A DNA stretch of 64,000 nt from Eledone cirrhosa (taxonomy: Eukaryota). The stretch lies in NCBI GenBank assembly GCA_964016885.1, contig OZ024742.1, positions 155,124,001-155,188,000 on the forward strand. The letters run 5' to 3'. The stretch's first letter is position 1. Every line of letters begins with the position of its first letter. Below are positions 1 through 15,797 of this stretch, one piece after another. The notes under the pieces were generated by a model. The model saw only the letters and a program-made list of their open reading frames with translations. It was not told the DNA's origin and ran no database searches. A program made the position numbers and the translations under genes.

Positions 1-305
1 CTGCTAGAATCGTAGCTGAGCAGCTACGGCATATCTCGTGTCTTTCACATATCAAATCTGGTGCAGCAAATCCCTTTGATGGCAACAAAATAGGTTCCAA
101 TAGAAGCATCATCGTACCAATGACTGTGTTACTTGGTGTGGCGAAGTGTGCCTCACAACAAGGAACGGATTATGTACAACATTAATTCCATTAAAACAAC
201 TCATATTGACCTGATGAGCGCCGATATGTGATTTGCAATACATTTCAGCTCATAATATGACTGGCAAACTGGCATTTATGGATTTTTTTCAGAAAACGAA
301 TATTC

Positions 306-322
306 ACACACACACACACACA

Positions 323-389
<67 letters not shown>

Positions 390-433
390 ACACACACACA
401 CACACGCACATACACACGCACACACACACACAT

Positions 434-510
<77 letters not shown>
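306..510. repeat. (CA)n followed by (TA)n compound microsatellite
   Basis: Seen directly; it explains the HTHT/YIYI ORFs. Confidence 0.95.
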
Positions 511-607
511 ACAAGGTTCAATGAATTCATCAATAAGTAAAGTGAGAGAAAGAGAGAGAGAGAGAGACAGAAATAGCGAGAGAGAAATATAGATACATAT
601 ATATACA

Positions 608-744
<137 letters not shown>

Positions 745-1257
745 TACATATGTACTTATATTTCATCATAGGTACATATACAATGTATACATATATACAT
801 ATATACAAATATATATAAATATGTACATACATATGTATATATATATGTACATACATATGTATATATATACACACATAAATACACACATATATATATATAC
901 ATACAAGGAGAGAGAAAAAGAGAAGATAATGTGTAGGTTAAAGTCATACGTTGGCCAGTTGTGAAATGACAAACACAATTTAGATGGATAAATTCAATCT
1001 AGACAAACGTTTGAAATATTGATGAAGGCAATTCCAGAATAGTCAGTGTAGTATTTCTCATTGTCAAAGTAATTATATGCGCTGAATAACAACCGACCAT
1101 TATTTAGATACTTACCTACACCCGATCACATTCATACATGGTAATATCTGCTAATCTTACTCAAGCATACACTCACCACCCCAATGGCATAATTAGGACC
1201 TGCCACAATTTCTCCTCTCCTCTTGTCAATACTATCACAGACACTTCCTTCTTTCTC

Positions 1258-1443
1258 GTGGATTGGCAGTATCGGTAGAGGGTCGGACGCCATGCTTTCC
1301 AGCATAGTTACGTCCCTTTACGATCTGAGTTCAAATCCTGCCGAGGTTGACTTTGCCTTTCATCCTTACGGGGTCGATAAAATAAAGTACCAGTAATGCA
1401 CTGGATAATTGCTGGCCTTGTGCCTAAAGTAGAAACAATTAAT
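1258..1443 (+). mobile_element. tRNA-derived SINE (main family of this window)
   Basis: A-box-like TGGCAGTATCGGTAGA, B-box-like GAGTTCAAATCC, central GACTTTGCCTTTCATCCTTACGGGGTCGATAAAATAAAGTACCAG, 3' end GTGCCTAAAGTAGAAACAATT. About 10 related copies occur in the window. Confidence 0.9.
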
Positions 1444-1510
1444 GTAATATGCAGCAAAGTTAACTACATGTATATGTTCGAATGCATAAATATTTTGATG
1501 AATAAACTGA

Positions 1511-2426
<916 letters not shown>

Positions 2427-4094
2427 AAATGTAGGAGGTGAGTTTTATTGTAGTACAATAAAGCAATGCAGATATCTGATAAGAACACTCTACAGTTTGT
2501 AGGACTGGCGCATACATAATATATAAGAACAAAATATGGTTAAAATAGTTCCATGTATTTTATTATGCGCATTTCAAAAACAAATATCATCATGCAATAA
2601 TATTTGTGTTTTCATCAGATAAAACAGGAAGACATGATATGAAGGTTAACAAACACTTGTGGATAGTTCAGTTTTAAATCAACATATGAGAAGTAGTTTT
2701 AGATTGATGTGTGATATTGGGAAAACTATTTTATTTAGAGGGGGTGGGGGTTGGAAAGGATGAAAAAAATAGGAGGAGATGAGAGTAAAAAGTGGAGAGG
2801 GAAGAGTATAATGAGGAAGGATGAGATAGGAGGAGAGATGGGTGATAGAGAGAGAGAGAGATAGCTTTTATATCTGAGAAAGATATATTGTTTTACATAG
2901 AGAGGTTGAAAACCGTTGGAAGATAATGTATAAATTAAAAGAATTTGAAAATTAACGAAGAGAAAAATAATGTAAAGTTAAGGTTTGTATATTGAGGGGT
3001 TTGATAATATGTGCGAGGAAAAAGAAAATGTTAATATGTATTGAGAATAATATTTAAGAGTTTAATAATATGTGCGATGTTAAGAAAATGTTGATATCCA
3101 TTATTAAAAGGAATAACAGGTTATTTAAGTAAGGAAATATTGTGAGATGAGCATGAATGAGTTAGATGAAAGGGAGAAAAGAATAATGAATTGAGGATGA
3201 ATAATCTAACGTCAAAAAAATGTATATGTTTACGAAGGATTTTTACAAGGTGATATAGAGTAAGAATGTATTGAATTATGTAATAATTGATTCTATGTTA
3301 AGCAAGAGTGAGAAAAGGTACAGATTAGGGGTTAGACATTAAAAGAAGAAGAGAAGAAAGGGAAGTGATAAATAGGAGCGATGTAGAATGAGTAACAAGT
3401 ATTATAGAATGTATAATAACCTTTGAAATAAGGTAGAAAGATGGGTATATTTTTAAAAGAAGTGTATATATATATATATGTGAGCATTTGAGAAAAAGAT
3501 TATAAATTCTTAAAGCCTATTTCACGAAAACTTTCAGTGGAGATGGTCACGTTTGGAATTCGATCCTCAGCATAGCTCAACTCGATAACCAAGATTCTCA
3601 CAGATTAATATGCCAAAAAGGGAATGTAAAACAGGCTAGTTACCATCATCCGTGATTATGAAAAATAAAACGCACATGAGGAAAGACAGGGCTGGTGACG
3701 TCAGAATGAGACGAATGTTTGTTTACAAGAAACAACAGTAAAAAAACATTTCGAAAAAACTCTACAATAAGGAGTTCAGCAAAAAGCAATATTATCGCGG
3801 TTTTTATAAAAAAATACCGGGATTAGTCACAGATAATTTAAGCACTCTAGGAAAGAAATCCGAGTATAAATATATAATGAAAGGTATAGAAAACATTGTT
3901 TCGAAGAGCCAACAGTATTCCATAATATATCAGTGACTATAGCGTCAAAATGGGAAAAATAGTTAACGTAAGATGTGGGAAAAATAATTCAAACTCATCT
4001 CAAAGAGAATCAGGATATAGTTTCATCCACAGAATTTAGCGAAATCCAGGGAAAAATCAATTGAGCATTAACTCATGATAAAATAAAGTTTAAA

Positions 4095-4762
4095 ATATTC
4101 ATCCTTCAATTTGTAAAAACTTCAAATGCTCTCTATAAGATCTTTCTTTATCTTATTACGAAGCATTTCCCCCTACACATAAATATAGTAACATTTTTAA
4201 TAGAAATACTATTCAAATGTCTTACTCTACGGCTCCTAACCTTGCACATAACATCACAGCTTCAAATTGAGCTAAACTACCTAGCCGTAGGAACACGTGC
4301 AACCCTGTAGTTAGTACTAACTGTAATTGTAGGAATCAGGTTGATTGCCCCCTATCCGGGAAATGCCTCTCTAGTAACATTGTCTACAAATGTAAGGTTG
4401 TAACACCCACGTCCCGTAGGGCCTACATAGGGTTAACCACCAATAGATTCAAGCAGCGTCTTTACATGCATACCCATTCTTTTCGTTACCCTCTAAGAAG
4501 GAATATAACGTCACTTTCAGCTTATATCTGGAGTCTAAAAGACAACCACACCCAATATAAGTTACACTGGGAGATCCTAGCTAGGGCTAGATCGTATAAC
4601 GGAAATAAAAGACCATGTGACCTCTGCGCCGCTGAGGCCCTGGAAATACTCTACGCCACAGACCACATCTTAAACAAAAAATCTGAGGCAATTTCGGCTT
4701 GTAAACATAAATTGCAGAAAACTTTCCTGTATTACAGCCCCACGTTATACCCTAACGGATAG
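4095..4762 (+). pseudogene. Penelope-like retroelement, C-terminal linker plus GIY-YIG endonuclease (Neptune-like), disrupted
   Basis: Manual translation upstream of ORF 4466: KYSNIFNRNTIQMSYSTAPNL..N*..NCNCRNQVDCPLSGKCLSSNIVYKCKV..RAYIGLTTNRFKQRLYMHTHSF..CDLC..E..ILNKKSE..ACKH. This shows the IVY/YIG motif, conserved R/H/E/N residues and a Cys-rich linker. In-frame TGA at 4268. Confidence 0.9.
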
Positions 4763-5750
4763 TACGATCTATACGTGAATATTTTACGTCTCGATGTGGG
4801 AGCTAAGTATATGTTTTGTTTATACATTTACTTATTTGCATAGGTAAGTATATATTATCCGTATGTTTTGTGAAGGTACGTATACATTCTCGTACGTATA
4901 TCTGATTGTTATGGCGTATAATTTTTTTTTTTTTAATATATTCTGGTACATATGGTTCGGCTATGTGTATACAGGAGTTTTGCGTCTGTGTGAGTATGCA
5001 GGTTCGTACGTATGTAGGGCGTGTGTATATGTGTACTTCATGTTTTGGTTGACTTACGTCTCCGAACATTCGTGTATTTACATGTGGGTGGGTGTGCGCG
5101 CTTGTTATATACGTATTTATTTATTTATATACGTTTATATAATTATTTATGTATTGGTATGCACGCTTATACACACACACATATTTATATGTGCGTGGTT
5201 TTGTTAACCTATGGTAAATGTTTGCGTATGCTTGTGTATGTACGTATTTGTTTGCGTGTATGTATTTATTTATTTCCGTTACTTCTGTATTGTATTTATT
5301 TACTTTGTTCTTAACTCTGTAGGGGAGATTCATTCGGTCTCCTAGTTAGAATTTTAGTCTACGACTTCTGCTATACCATTTACGTGGTTTTGTCTTTGCG
5401 TGCTATTGTTCTCCACGCCCCACATATGAAGTATTATCTTCGTTTTCTTCGTTCATTGCCAGAGAACGTCTCTATGCACCACCTAAGAGAACATTAGTCT
5501 ACGACCTCTTTTATACCATAAACTGGTTCTGTCTTTGCGCGTAATTGTTTTTCACCGCTCCTATTAATGACGTATCGTATTCGTTTTTTTCCCGTTCTTT
5601 GCCAGGGAACGTTTCCACGAACCAAAGTATCGTCTTTCTGTCTTCCTCCGGTTGCAACGTTTTTTGAAATATCCAGTTCTGCGTTTACAGATTGACTTTG
5701 TTAGTTTCAGAAGATCCCGTTAAGGGTGTAAACTTTAATCTGTTATTTTA

Positions 5751-5756
<6 letters not shown>
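4763..5756 (+). mobile_element. 3' tail (pseudo-LTR) of the PLE, with decayed hammerhead remnant and AATAAA, ending in (TA)n
   Basis: CAGAAGATCCCGTTAAGGGTG..TTTAATCTGTTATTTTAATAAAT at 5708-5756 matches 35421-35490 with a ~20 bp deletion. There is a diverged ~141 bp internal tandem duplication (starts ~5353 and ~5494). Confidence 0.7.
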
Positions 5757-5789
<33 letters not shown>

Positions 5790-6185
5790 TACATGCATTT
5801 TTATTTATGTGTTTATTTACAAGGAAGGAATTATAGCGGAGAATGTCAAAACAATCATTTCGTATTTTCTGAGATTCTTCTAAATATCTCTTCGGCTGCC
5901 CTAACTAAAACAAATCTTTGAATTTCAAGCTTAAAAGACACATCAATTCACATATACAGTGATTGACACACACTCATAGATATATAACTGTATATAATCG
6001 CACATACATTCACATGAAATACACTATTTACTTCATAGTGTCTGTATTCTCTGTATTTTAATGCACTGACAAATTTATATATTCACATAGAATATATATG
6101 GTCATATATACCTATACAAACAAACAACCACATACAGACATACCGATACATATATATCTATATACATATATATATATATATATAT

Positions 6186-6690
<505 letters not shown>

Positions 6691-6763
6691 ATGTATATAT
6701 ATATATATGTATATATGTATATGTATATATATATATATGTATATATATGTATGAATATATATA

Positions 6764-6826
<63 letters not shown>

Positions 6827-9300
6827 ATATATATATAAATATGTATATAGATATATTAATATACACGCAAGCGTCCACACCCCTTCACACACATATATGC
6901 ACATAAGTGTGTTTGTGTGTATATATATATATATGTGTGTGTATGTGTGTGTTTGTACGTATGTATGTATATATGTGTGTGTGTGTAATTGTGTATGTAT
7001 GTGTGTATATAAAATATATGAAATATATAGATATTTACGTTTGACTATTTGTGGTAAACATTATTTCCAATTCACCTGTCGACAAGCCGTGTACTTGTTT
7101 ACGCTTACAGTGTACCATAATAAGGACATATACCCTATCTAAGTCGGTACAATACGGGATTATATTTTCATTGAATTTGTTGATTTTGTTGCCGCTGATT
7201 ATACATTGTAACTTTTTATCTTGTTGATGTTACATCTGTTATTATTTTATGTTGATATTGTTAATGTATGATTAGGTACGCTCTGTTAACGGAAGAAGAA
7301 TGTACTATGTGTTGAAAGAAAATATAACACATTTTAAGTGCATAATATAGAAAGAATTTTCCTGAGTAATACAAGTCTCCATTATTTTGCAGAGATTTTG
7401 CCAGGCTACGTCAGATCGTAATGATAGCGACATATTTCCCATATCTTTCAAGTATATATCAACATTTTCAATACAAGCTGTAGCACCTACATTTTTAAGA
7501 TCAGTTTTAAAAAGTTAGTTTTATTGTCATACAAAAGCCTGGCTGTGATGATTTTAGTTAGAAAGTTTAGTTTGTCTTTCATTTAATGTTAACTTGGTGG
7601 AAACAATTCAAAAATTAAACAGGAAGTTATATAGAAAATCCCACGTGTAAAATTATTACAAGACAATAACAATCTACATAGCATATCTGTAAGAGCGCAC
7701 TTTATCAAAGATCGAATATTTGCTATAATTAATATATACTAGTCAACAACAAACATTGTCTGAAAATCACTTATTTTTAAATATTTGCGGAGTACATAAA
7801 AAAGCGCCATGAAACATATGGAACACCCTTCGTTCAATCTGCATGGATCTACACATGGATTGTTTAAATTATATTTTTCTAACTCGATTATTATCCCTAG
7901 ATGGTTTTATTGTTACACACTGGACATAAAACAATTTGAAAAACATTTATTTTCAGTACTAAGCTGGTTACTCAGTATCCCATTACAGGAACTGGGTACT
8001 CGTGCCTGGCAATTTAAATAAAATCTGAAAGAAATTGTACGAACTCAATGCCACAAAATCTTCCTTTTGGTAAAATGATATACATAATGGCTTACGTTAT
8101 TTAGATACAGCAAATTACGTCCTGTATTTAAATTCTAGAGGGTTCAACTTTACTATTCATCCTTTTTGAAGTGGATCTCGGCGTTTCCAAAGATGTAATA
8201 TCGTGTTTTGAATAGGTTTTATCATTATTATTATTATATATTTTCAATTGTTTACTACGTGCCTTTTACTCTAGCAGCTGGTACATATATTCGTTCGCTG
8301 TTGATTGTCTTCTTGGTTCTGTGATGCTGGTTGAAGGATGTGGTGTTTCCTTTTTTATCTTGTTTTACTGTTGTTCTTTTTAGTTAAGACAAAATGATTA
8401 TTATGAAATAATAGACATAAGTAGTTTTTCGAGGGCGTGATCGCATTCAAAATAGCGAACATATTAATATTGTGCTCATATACAATTGAATCTTACAACC
8501 CAACTTGTCTTCTATATGTTATATTGTCTATGAGAGGTGATTACTTCATCGCCTCAATCCTAAAGAGAAACTTATGCCGGTGATGAAAACATTCGTAGCA
8601 AAATAAGAGAAAACAAAACCAGCGGACATCATCAAGGAAACATTGTGTTTTGGAACCACAGGATAAATCAACTTATTTCAGTTTAATGTTTCTTCGAACC
8701 CTTATAACTAGATACTTGCCGGCATATTCTTTACTATAATTCTGGGTTTTAGATTTTCTTCATTCTAGTGTTGATAAGATCTAGAATATTCCTATGTTTA
8801 TACACACAGATCAATGCTGTTAGAGATATGTTGTTCCATTCTAACCGGGCCGATTATCTATATGATGAGAGTTTAGTTTAAGGGCAATGATTTAACAATT
8901 TATTCCATGTAATTCTTTAGCTTTTACTTAGCTTTTATTATATCGGCAAATAATGGCACATTTTTGATTGTCTGTCTTTTTGCTAATATTCTTCATAAAT
9001 TTTGCGTCGTAAATATAAACTCAGTACATCACCGTTATTTTTTAAGTTTCCAGTAAAAATCAACGTCTTGCGAGTCCTTGCTTCCATCTCGCTAAGTTCT
9101 TGCGAATACCAATTCAGTAGGTCAAATTGCGGTGTTAGTATGGGCGCGGAAAATCTATTATGCTTAATATAAGCTGAGAGTTCTGAAGACAGTATTCTCT
9201 TTACTATCCTTTTATGTATGAATGTATGTATGTATGTATGTATGTATGTATGTATGTATGTATGTATGTATGTATGTATGTATGTATGTATGCATGTATG

Positions 9301-9706
9301 TCAGAGTTTACCTTCTCCTAGAATTCTGCCTTGACAAAGGCTAAGGGGTCATCTCTCCCTGATGGTATCCAATGATGGTATCCAATGATGTTGACTTGTT
9401 CTTCTTTTTGGTAAATATCATCTTGGTTAAGAGAGAGGGTCTAGCTTTGTGCAGTGCCTTTGCTCACTATAAAAGCTTCACGGCAGAGTCATTGCTTTAT
9501 ATCTGGAAATCTCTCTGCACTTGTCGTCACATGGTACCATGAGCCCAACACTATGTGTCAATAATTGTCACAAGTGTAGTGTCTGTACCAGAGTTTTCAA
9601 CTCGCTGGCTGGACTAAAAAGTCACACTCGTTCAGCGCATCGGTAGGGGTTCTCCTACACGGATATAAAGTAGTGGCCGTACTCGAAAACGAGTTGGCAG
9701 CTACCA
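9301..9706 (+). mobile_element. Non-autonomous RTE-like element with (TATG)n tail and inverted 5' segment
   Basis: 9358-9706 is about 90% similar by eye to 10006-10338; 9301-9359 is the reverse complement of ~9933-9990; flanked by (TATG)n. Confidence 0.7.
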
Positions 9707-9800
9707 TGTATGTATGTATGTATGTATGTATGTATGTATGTATGTATGTATGTATGTATGTATGTATGTATGTATGTATGTATGTATGTATGTATGTATG

Positions 9801-10338
9801 CATGCGACTAAACTGGCAACCCCACCAAGGTTTCTTGGTGAGGAGGGTGACTTTGGACATCCTGCTGGACTAAAAATAAAACCTGTCAAAGGGCAAAGAG
9901 CTCTTAAGAGTCAATGGCCATCCAAAATCACCGGGAGAGATGACCCCTTAGCCTTTGTCAAGGCAGAATTCTAGGAGAAGGAAAACTCTGATATAACACC
10001 TGCAACCCTGATGGTATCCAATGATGTTGACTTGTTCTTCTTTTTGATAAATATAATCTTGGTTAAGAGAGTAGGACTGGCTTTGCGCAGAGCCTTTCAC
10101 TATAAAAGCTTCATGGCACAGGCATTGCTTTTTATCTGCAGATCCCTCAGAACTTGTCGTCACATGGTACCATGGGCCCAGCACTATGTGTCAATAATTG
10201 ACACAAGTGTAGTGTTTGTACCAGAGTTTTCAAGTCGCTGGCTGGACTAAAAAGTCACACTCGTTCAGCGCATCGGTAGGGGTTCTCCTACATGGATATA
10301 AAATAGTGGGCGTACTCGAAAACGAGTTGGCAGCCACC
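9801..10338 (+). mobile_element. Non-autonomous RTE-like element with (TATG)n tail
   Basis: Contains CTAGGAGAAGGAAAACTCTGA, which I recall from RTE-clade 5' UTRs (not database-checked). Ends ACTCGAAAACGAGTTGGCAGCCACC(ATGT)n. Confidence 0.65.
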
Positions 10339-10380
10339 ATGTATGCATGTATGTATGTATGTATGTATGTATGTATGTAT

Positions 10381-10725
10381 GTTAGAAATAGTCGGGCTGG
10401 GCAACCTATCGCGCGGTTAAACCACTGGGAGTGAAGGGCCTCTAGCCTTTGTCAGGGCATTCTTCTAGGAGAAGGCAACTCATGAAAATGGGACAACTCC
10501 GATATAAAACCTGCGGCTCAGTAGTTACCGTTGATGTTGCTCTTTTCTTCTTTTAGGGTTATAGCAACTTTCGCTCAGAGAGTGTGATTGGCTCAGTGCA
10601 CAGTCATTCCTCACTTTAAAAAAATATGTTCACCACAGGCATTGCACGATGGAATTAATTAATACTTATTAATAATGATATATCTTGCAATGCCATACTC
10701 GATAACGAAGGGGCAGCCATCATAT
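10381..10725 (+). mobile_element. Related (TATG)-tailed element, second subfamily
   Basis: CTAGGAGAAGGCAACTC motif; its 3' ~200 bp recurs at 11651-11850; ends ACTCGATAACGAAGGGGCAGCCAT. Confidence 0.6.
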
Positions 10726-10931
10726 ATGTATGTTATCTCTTTCTCTTAATTTCCAGTATATTTTTTGACCAGCCACATTCCTGGTGGCAAGGTTGTAAAA
10801 GAAAAGAAATTGTCATCTCTTGAATCGCAAGAATGTTTTGCTATCGCAGCCATTTGTAGACTATCAATTAGGGAGCTGCGCTCTTTGTCCGCAAATCCAA
10901 GTTCAGTCATACTTTGTTCCAAACGGGTTGG

Positions 10932-10967
<36 letters not shown>

Positions 10968-11249
10968 TGTATGTATGTATGTATGTATGTATGTTGGTAT
11001 TTGTATGTATGTATGTATGTGTGTTCTTCTGGTTTTATAATTTCACAAATTTTTACCAATAGAGAGAGAGTCGGTTTCTAACATAAACACAAGACTCTCT
11101 TATTGGAATTTACACAGCATCAACTAGGTAGATATGTACGTATGTATGCATGTGTAGATATGTATGTTATCGTATGTGTGGATGTGGATGTTTTGTGTTG
11201 TATGTGTGAATGTGTATATGCTTTGCATCTGTACATGTGTATATGCAGT

Positions 11250-11635
11250 TATTAGATGCAACATTTTTAGAATGTTTTACATATTTTTACTGTTCCATTA
11301 ATGGATTGTACTTGTAATTTCCTAACTAGTTATGTTCTTTCTGTTACTAACATACCCCAATAATCACAGGCACAAATATGAAGGTGTTATCAGGGTGGAG
11401 TATCGGTAGATTTCTCATCAGTTCTGCATAATTATTCTCCTTTTCACTCATCTTTGATATTATATTGCCATCTGCTGGGCAGCTAATTTCCACTACTGTG
11501 CACGTTTTCTTCTCCCTGTCCCATATCATAATATCTGGTCTGTTATGCCTGCACTTTATTGGGGTTTTTACTGGAACATTCCACCAGTATTCTTTCATAT
11601 TATGTACATGGATGTCTTCCACATTGCTGTAGCTT
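11250..11635 (-). pseudogene. R4/Dong-like non-LTR retrotransposon, restriction-like endonuclease fragment
   Basis: ORF 11347-11622: EYWWNVPVKTPIKCRHNRPDIMIWDREKKTCTVVEISCPADGNI..KENNYAEL..FVPVIIG matches the RLE signature RPD...E...P...K..KY..L. Confidence 0.85.
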
Positions 11636-11650
11636 TTAATGTATGTATGT

Positions 11651-11850
11651 AGTTACCGAGGATGTTGATCTTTTCTTCATTTCGGGTTATAGCTACTGTT
11701 GCTCAGAGAGTGGTATTGGCTCAGTGCACAGTATTTCGTCACTTTAAAACATATCTTCACGCACAGGCATTGCACGATCGAATTAAATAATTATTATTAA
11801 TAATGATAGCTCGTGCAATGACCATACTCGATAACGAGGGGGCAGCCATT
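11651..11850 (+). mobile_element. 3' fragment of the 10381-10725 element family
   Basis: Direct similarity to 10523-10720. Confidence 0.65.
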
Positions 11851-11867
11851 TTGTACGTATGTGTGTA

Positions 11868-11937
<70 letters not shown>

Positions 11938-13370
11938 CGATGACTGCATGGATATATTTATGTATGTATGAATGCATTCATGATGTTATACGTATGTATG
12001 TTTGTATGCATAAATAAATTCATATGTATGTTCTTGAGTGTGCGTATGTGACATAGAGAATGAGAGAGGACGAGAGCAAGAGACAGATGGAGAGAGAAAG
12101 CCGTTTATAAATGTCGACAGAGAAAATGAGGTGAACATATTCACGGGGAATTTCAACTCATTTATTTGAGTAATTACTGTTAAGCACTGACAACATATAT
12201 TCGTATATTCATACGGCAATCCGACAACAGATGCAGAGTCTACAATGTAAAATTGCAATCAAAAATATTAAAGAGATTATTTTCCAAATATAAATGAATT
12301 TTGTTTCTATACTATATTTAAATGATACTTTCTTCTGTAGCTAGAACAATAAGGAATAGTGAGTGGACGATAAAACAACTGTTAAATATATAAATAAATT
12401 GAGACGGATACATCAACCGACTAATTAAAATATAAACGACACCATTCTGTTTTAGGAACCACAATAATTAGACAATGGTTATCGTGGAAGTGACCGTGAA
12501 GTGATATTGATGCAGTCCTACAATCAGAGTAGGAAGAGAACATGTATAGACAAATAGTGGCCTGTTTGTATATCACATATAACAAATATATTTTCTGTTT
12601 ATGACCAGTATTACTGGAGTTACACACATATGTGTATTGAGAGAATGCATTGAAGTATTTCAGATTTAAAATCACAAGTTCAACATTGCTTTTCATTTTT
12701 CACGTTCAAGGGAATAAATTAACAATAAATTAACGGTGTCAGTATAATAGACTTTTCCATTTCTTCCACAAACCGTGTGTCAATAATGATACATAGGATT
12801 GAAAAGATATGTACCAACATAAATGGAGTAATATATGCCTGAATATGGATTCGGTGGCATGGAAGACCGATCTATTAACGCTAATGATGATCGAAATATC
12901 AATGACAAGAAAAACAGTTATACGTTCTTGAAATTTAAAGTATTAATGACTACACGAAGTACAACGCGAAAAGCAAACAAACAAACCAATATTTATATAT
13001 GCGTATATATATATATATATATATCTATATATATATATAATCATTATTAGCATTAAAGGAAAACAAGTAGGTCAAATAAATAACAAAGGTTAATAGTAAG
13101 GTCTTAGCCATATTTCGATGAATATGGAGGCGTTCGTTCAATTAATTATAAATTCATTGGCTATTTATTTTCTTCTTACTGGTAATATTGTATTTTCCTT
13201 CTTTTGTTGTTTTATGTTGTGTATTTATTACGTTATCGGCTTTACAACAGGAAATTATTCTTCACACTGCCTCTCTCTCTTTCATGTATCTCTGCGGAAC
13301 AGTAATTTAGTTCACCCACAAAAACATCACACACACACCCACACAATGCACACACACACATACACATATA

Positions 13371-13453
<83 letters not shown>

Positions 13454-13692
13454 ATATATACGTATATATACATGCATACACACATATACAGATGTATGTA
13501 TACATATATCCACACAGTTGCACATATATAGACGTACTTAAGCTTGTGTATGCATATGTGTGTGTTTCTGTTTGTATAAATGCATTTAGTAAGAAGGAAA
13601 ATGTTAGGCAGGTACATATGTCTATAAATTCAATTTGAAATAGCTCCATGATAAATATATAAAAGCAGAGTGACATCAACACATAGAACTAT

Positions 13693-13723
<31 letters not shown>

Positions 13724-13834
13724 AAGGGAAAGAGAGGGGAAGAGATTCGGGGAGAGAGAGAGACAGTGTGAGAGCTAGGTGAATAGAAAAAGGATGGGTG
13801 CATATATATATATATACATATATATATACATACA

Positions 13835-13954
<120 letters not shown>

Positions 13955-14434
13955 TAGATTTATAGAGAGATTGAGAAGTGAAAGAGTGTGTGTTAATGAG
14001 AGATAGAGGTAGATAAATAAATTGTTCTAGATACAGAGAAATGTATGCGTGGAGACAGAAAAATAGTTATAAATTTTCGTGTGTGTACTTTTTATTGATA
14101 TTCTGAAGAGGAAAACAATTATTATTGCCTCTATTATTGGGAGAGGATTTTGGCAGATGCTAGCTATTGTGAATCAACTTTTGTTCGATAAATGCAAAGT
14201 AGTACTATTAAGAAGCTGGCTTCTACTAACTTATGACCTTGCAGAGCCGTGGAGAGCAATCAAAGTTGATTTACCTGGTTATAAATGAAAAGAAAAATTA
14301 AATAAAGCAAAATAATTTGAACAGGAGGAGACCTAGGAATAATAAAAAAACAACAACACGATATCGTATAATGAAGGAAATAAAACATATGTGTCGGAAG
14401 ATGGAAGAGAGAAAGACTAAGGAAAGTATAAGTG

Positions 14435-14479
<45 letters not shown>

Positions 14480-14575
14480 AGAGATATATAGAGAGAGAGG
14501 GGAGTGAGTTCGAGAAACAAGTACTGTAAATTGTTGATGGAGTTTGGAAGTGAAATCAAATTGCACTTGAGTGAG

Positions 14576-14659
<84 letters not shown>

Positions 14660-15597
14660 GTTGTGTACGTCTGTGCGCGTGTACGTGTGTGCGTGTACAT
14701 GTGAGCTTTTGTGTGTGTGTACGTATCTATCTATATCTATATATATGTATATATATTCTCATAGAAATTGTTTTATGCATTTAAAACAAGATTTTGCCAA
14801 ATAATTTTGTTTGAGATGAGACAGATATTACATTTACTGTAAGTAATGGTGAGTATATGCAATGGTTCACGGCTCTCCTGACGGCCACACCATGTAGTGG
14901 AATAGCTGCATTATGAAACCACCACAATTGCAGTTATTTATGAGCCAACCTTATATTCTACACATAAACGCTTAGCTATTCCTTATATACACTTACTTAC
15001 AAACACACATAAACGTACATGCCCAGGCATCACACATATACCACGGACCACACATAGAGATAACATGAAACATTGCTGCATATGCAGTTAAAAGTTGCTC
15101 ATGTTAGCGAGTCCCAGATTGTAACACAGAAATGGAACGAGATGAAAGGTAACATAATACAGAACAGCTGTAATTCAATTTAACTAATATTTCATGATAT
15201 TTCATATTGAAGATCTTTCTTTACCGACTGTAGCTTTGTTGAGGAGCTGTGATCCTCTATACAGAAACACATTATTGGAGAGGTCCGGAATGCATCGATC
15301 CATTACAAAAATAAACTAGTCAAGCCATATAGTAGAATCAATTCACTATGTTTCCAGCGAATAAACACTAATTACCCTACAACAATTCGTTTACCTTCTT
15401 GCGGACATTTTTCGAAACCAAAGACTAGTATCCCTCGAAACACATCTCAATATAAATGACAGACAAATATGATCATGTAGAGCAATGCCTCTAAAAATAT
15501 TGTCATTGTTGGAATGTATTACATAAAATTCTTACTTTATCATAATTGCGCTAGATCTAAACAACACTAATAAAACCAATATATGTTAGGAATATAA

Positions 15598-15797
15598 GGA
15601 TGTTTGCAATGGACACAAGGAAAATCGATTAAATCAATACCAGTGGATTACAGGTGCTTTATGTTATCGATCCCATAAGGATGAACAGCAAAGCTGACCT
15701 CGGCGTGATTTGAACTCAGATCGTAAATACACATAACTCTATGCTGCAAAGCATAGTGTCCGACGCTCTACCGATACTGCCAATCCACCGCCTTAGC
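15598..15797 (-). mobile_element. tRNA-derived SINE, full length, with 11-bp TSD
   Basis: Reverse complement of the 1258 family; TAGGAATATAA at 15587-15597 and 15798-15808. Confidence 0.9.

Noticed and set aside
205-240. CTGATGAGCGCCGATA hammerhead-like string (similar weak hits near 18309 and 45866)
   Set aside because: GAAA and/or the stems are missing; consistent with chance or extreme decay.
1258-1345. tRNA gene
   Set aside because: The A/B boxes belong to a SINE head that continues into the SINE body; no clean cloverleaf.
12835-13050. MPEYGFGGMED resembling the M1 aminopeptidase GAMEN motif
   Set aside because: No NWGL continuation, no HEXXH exon found, and no convincing splice sites.
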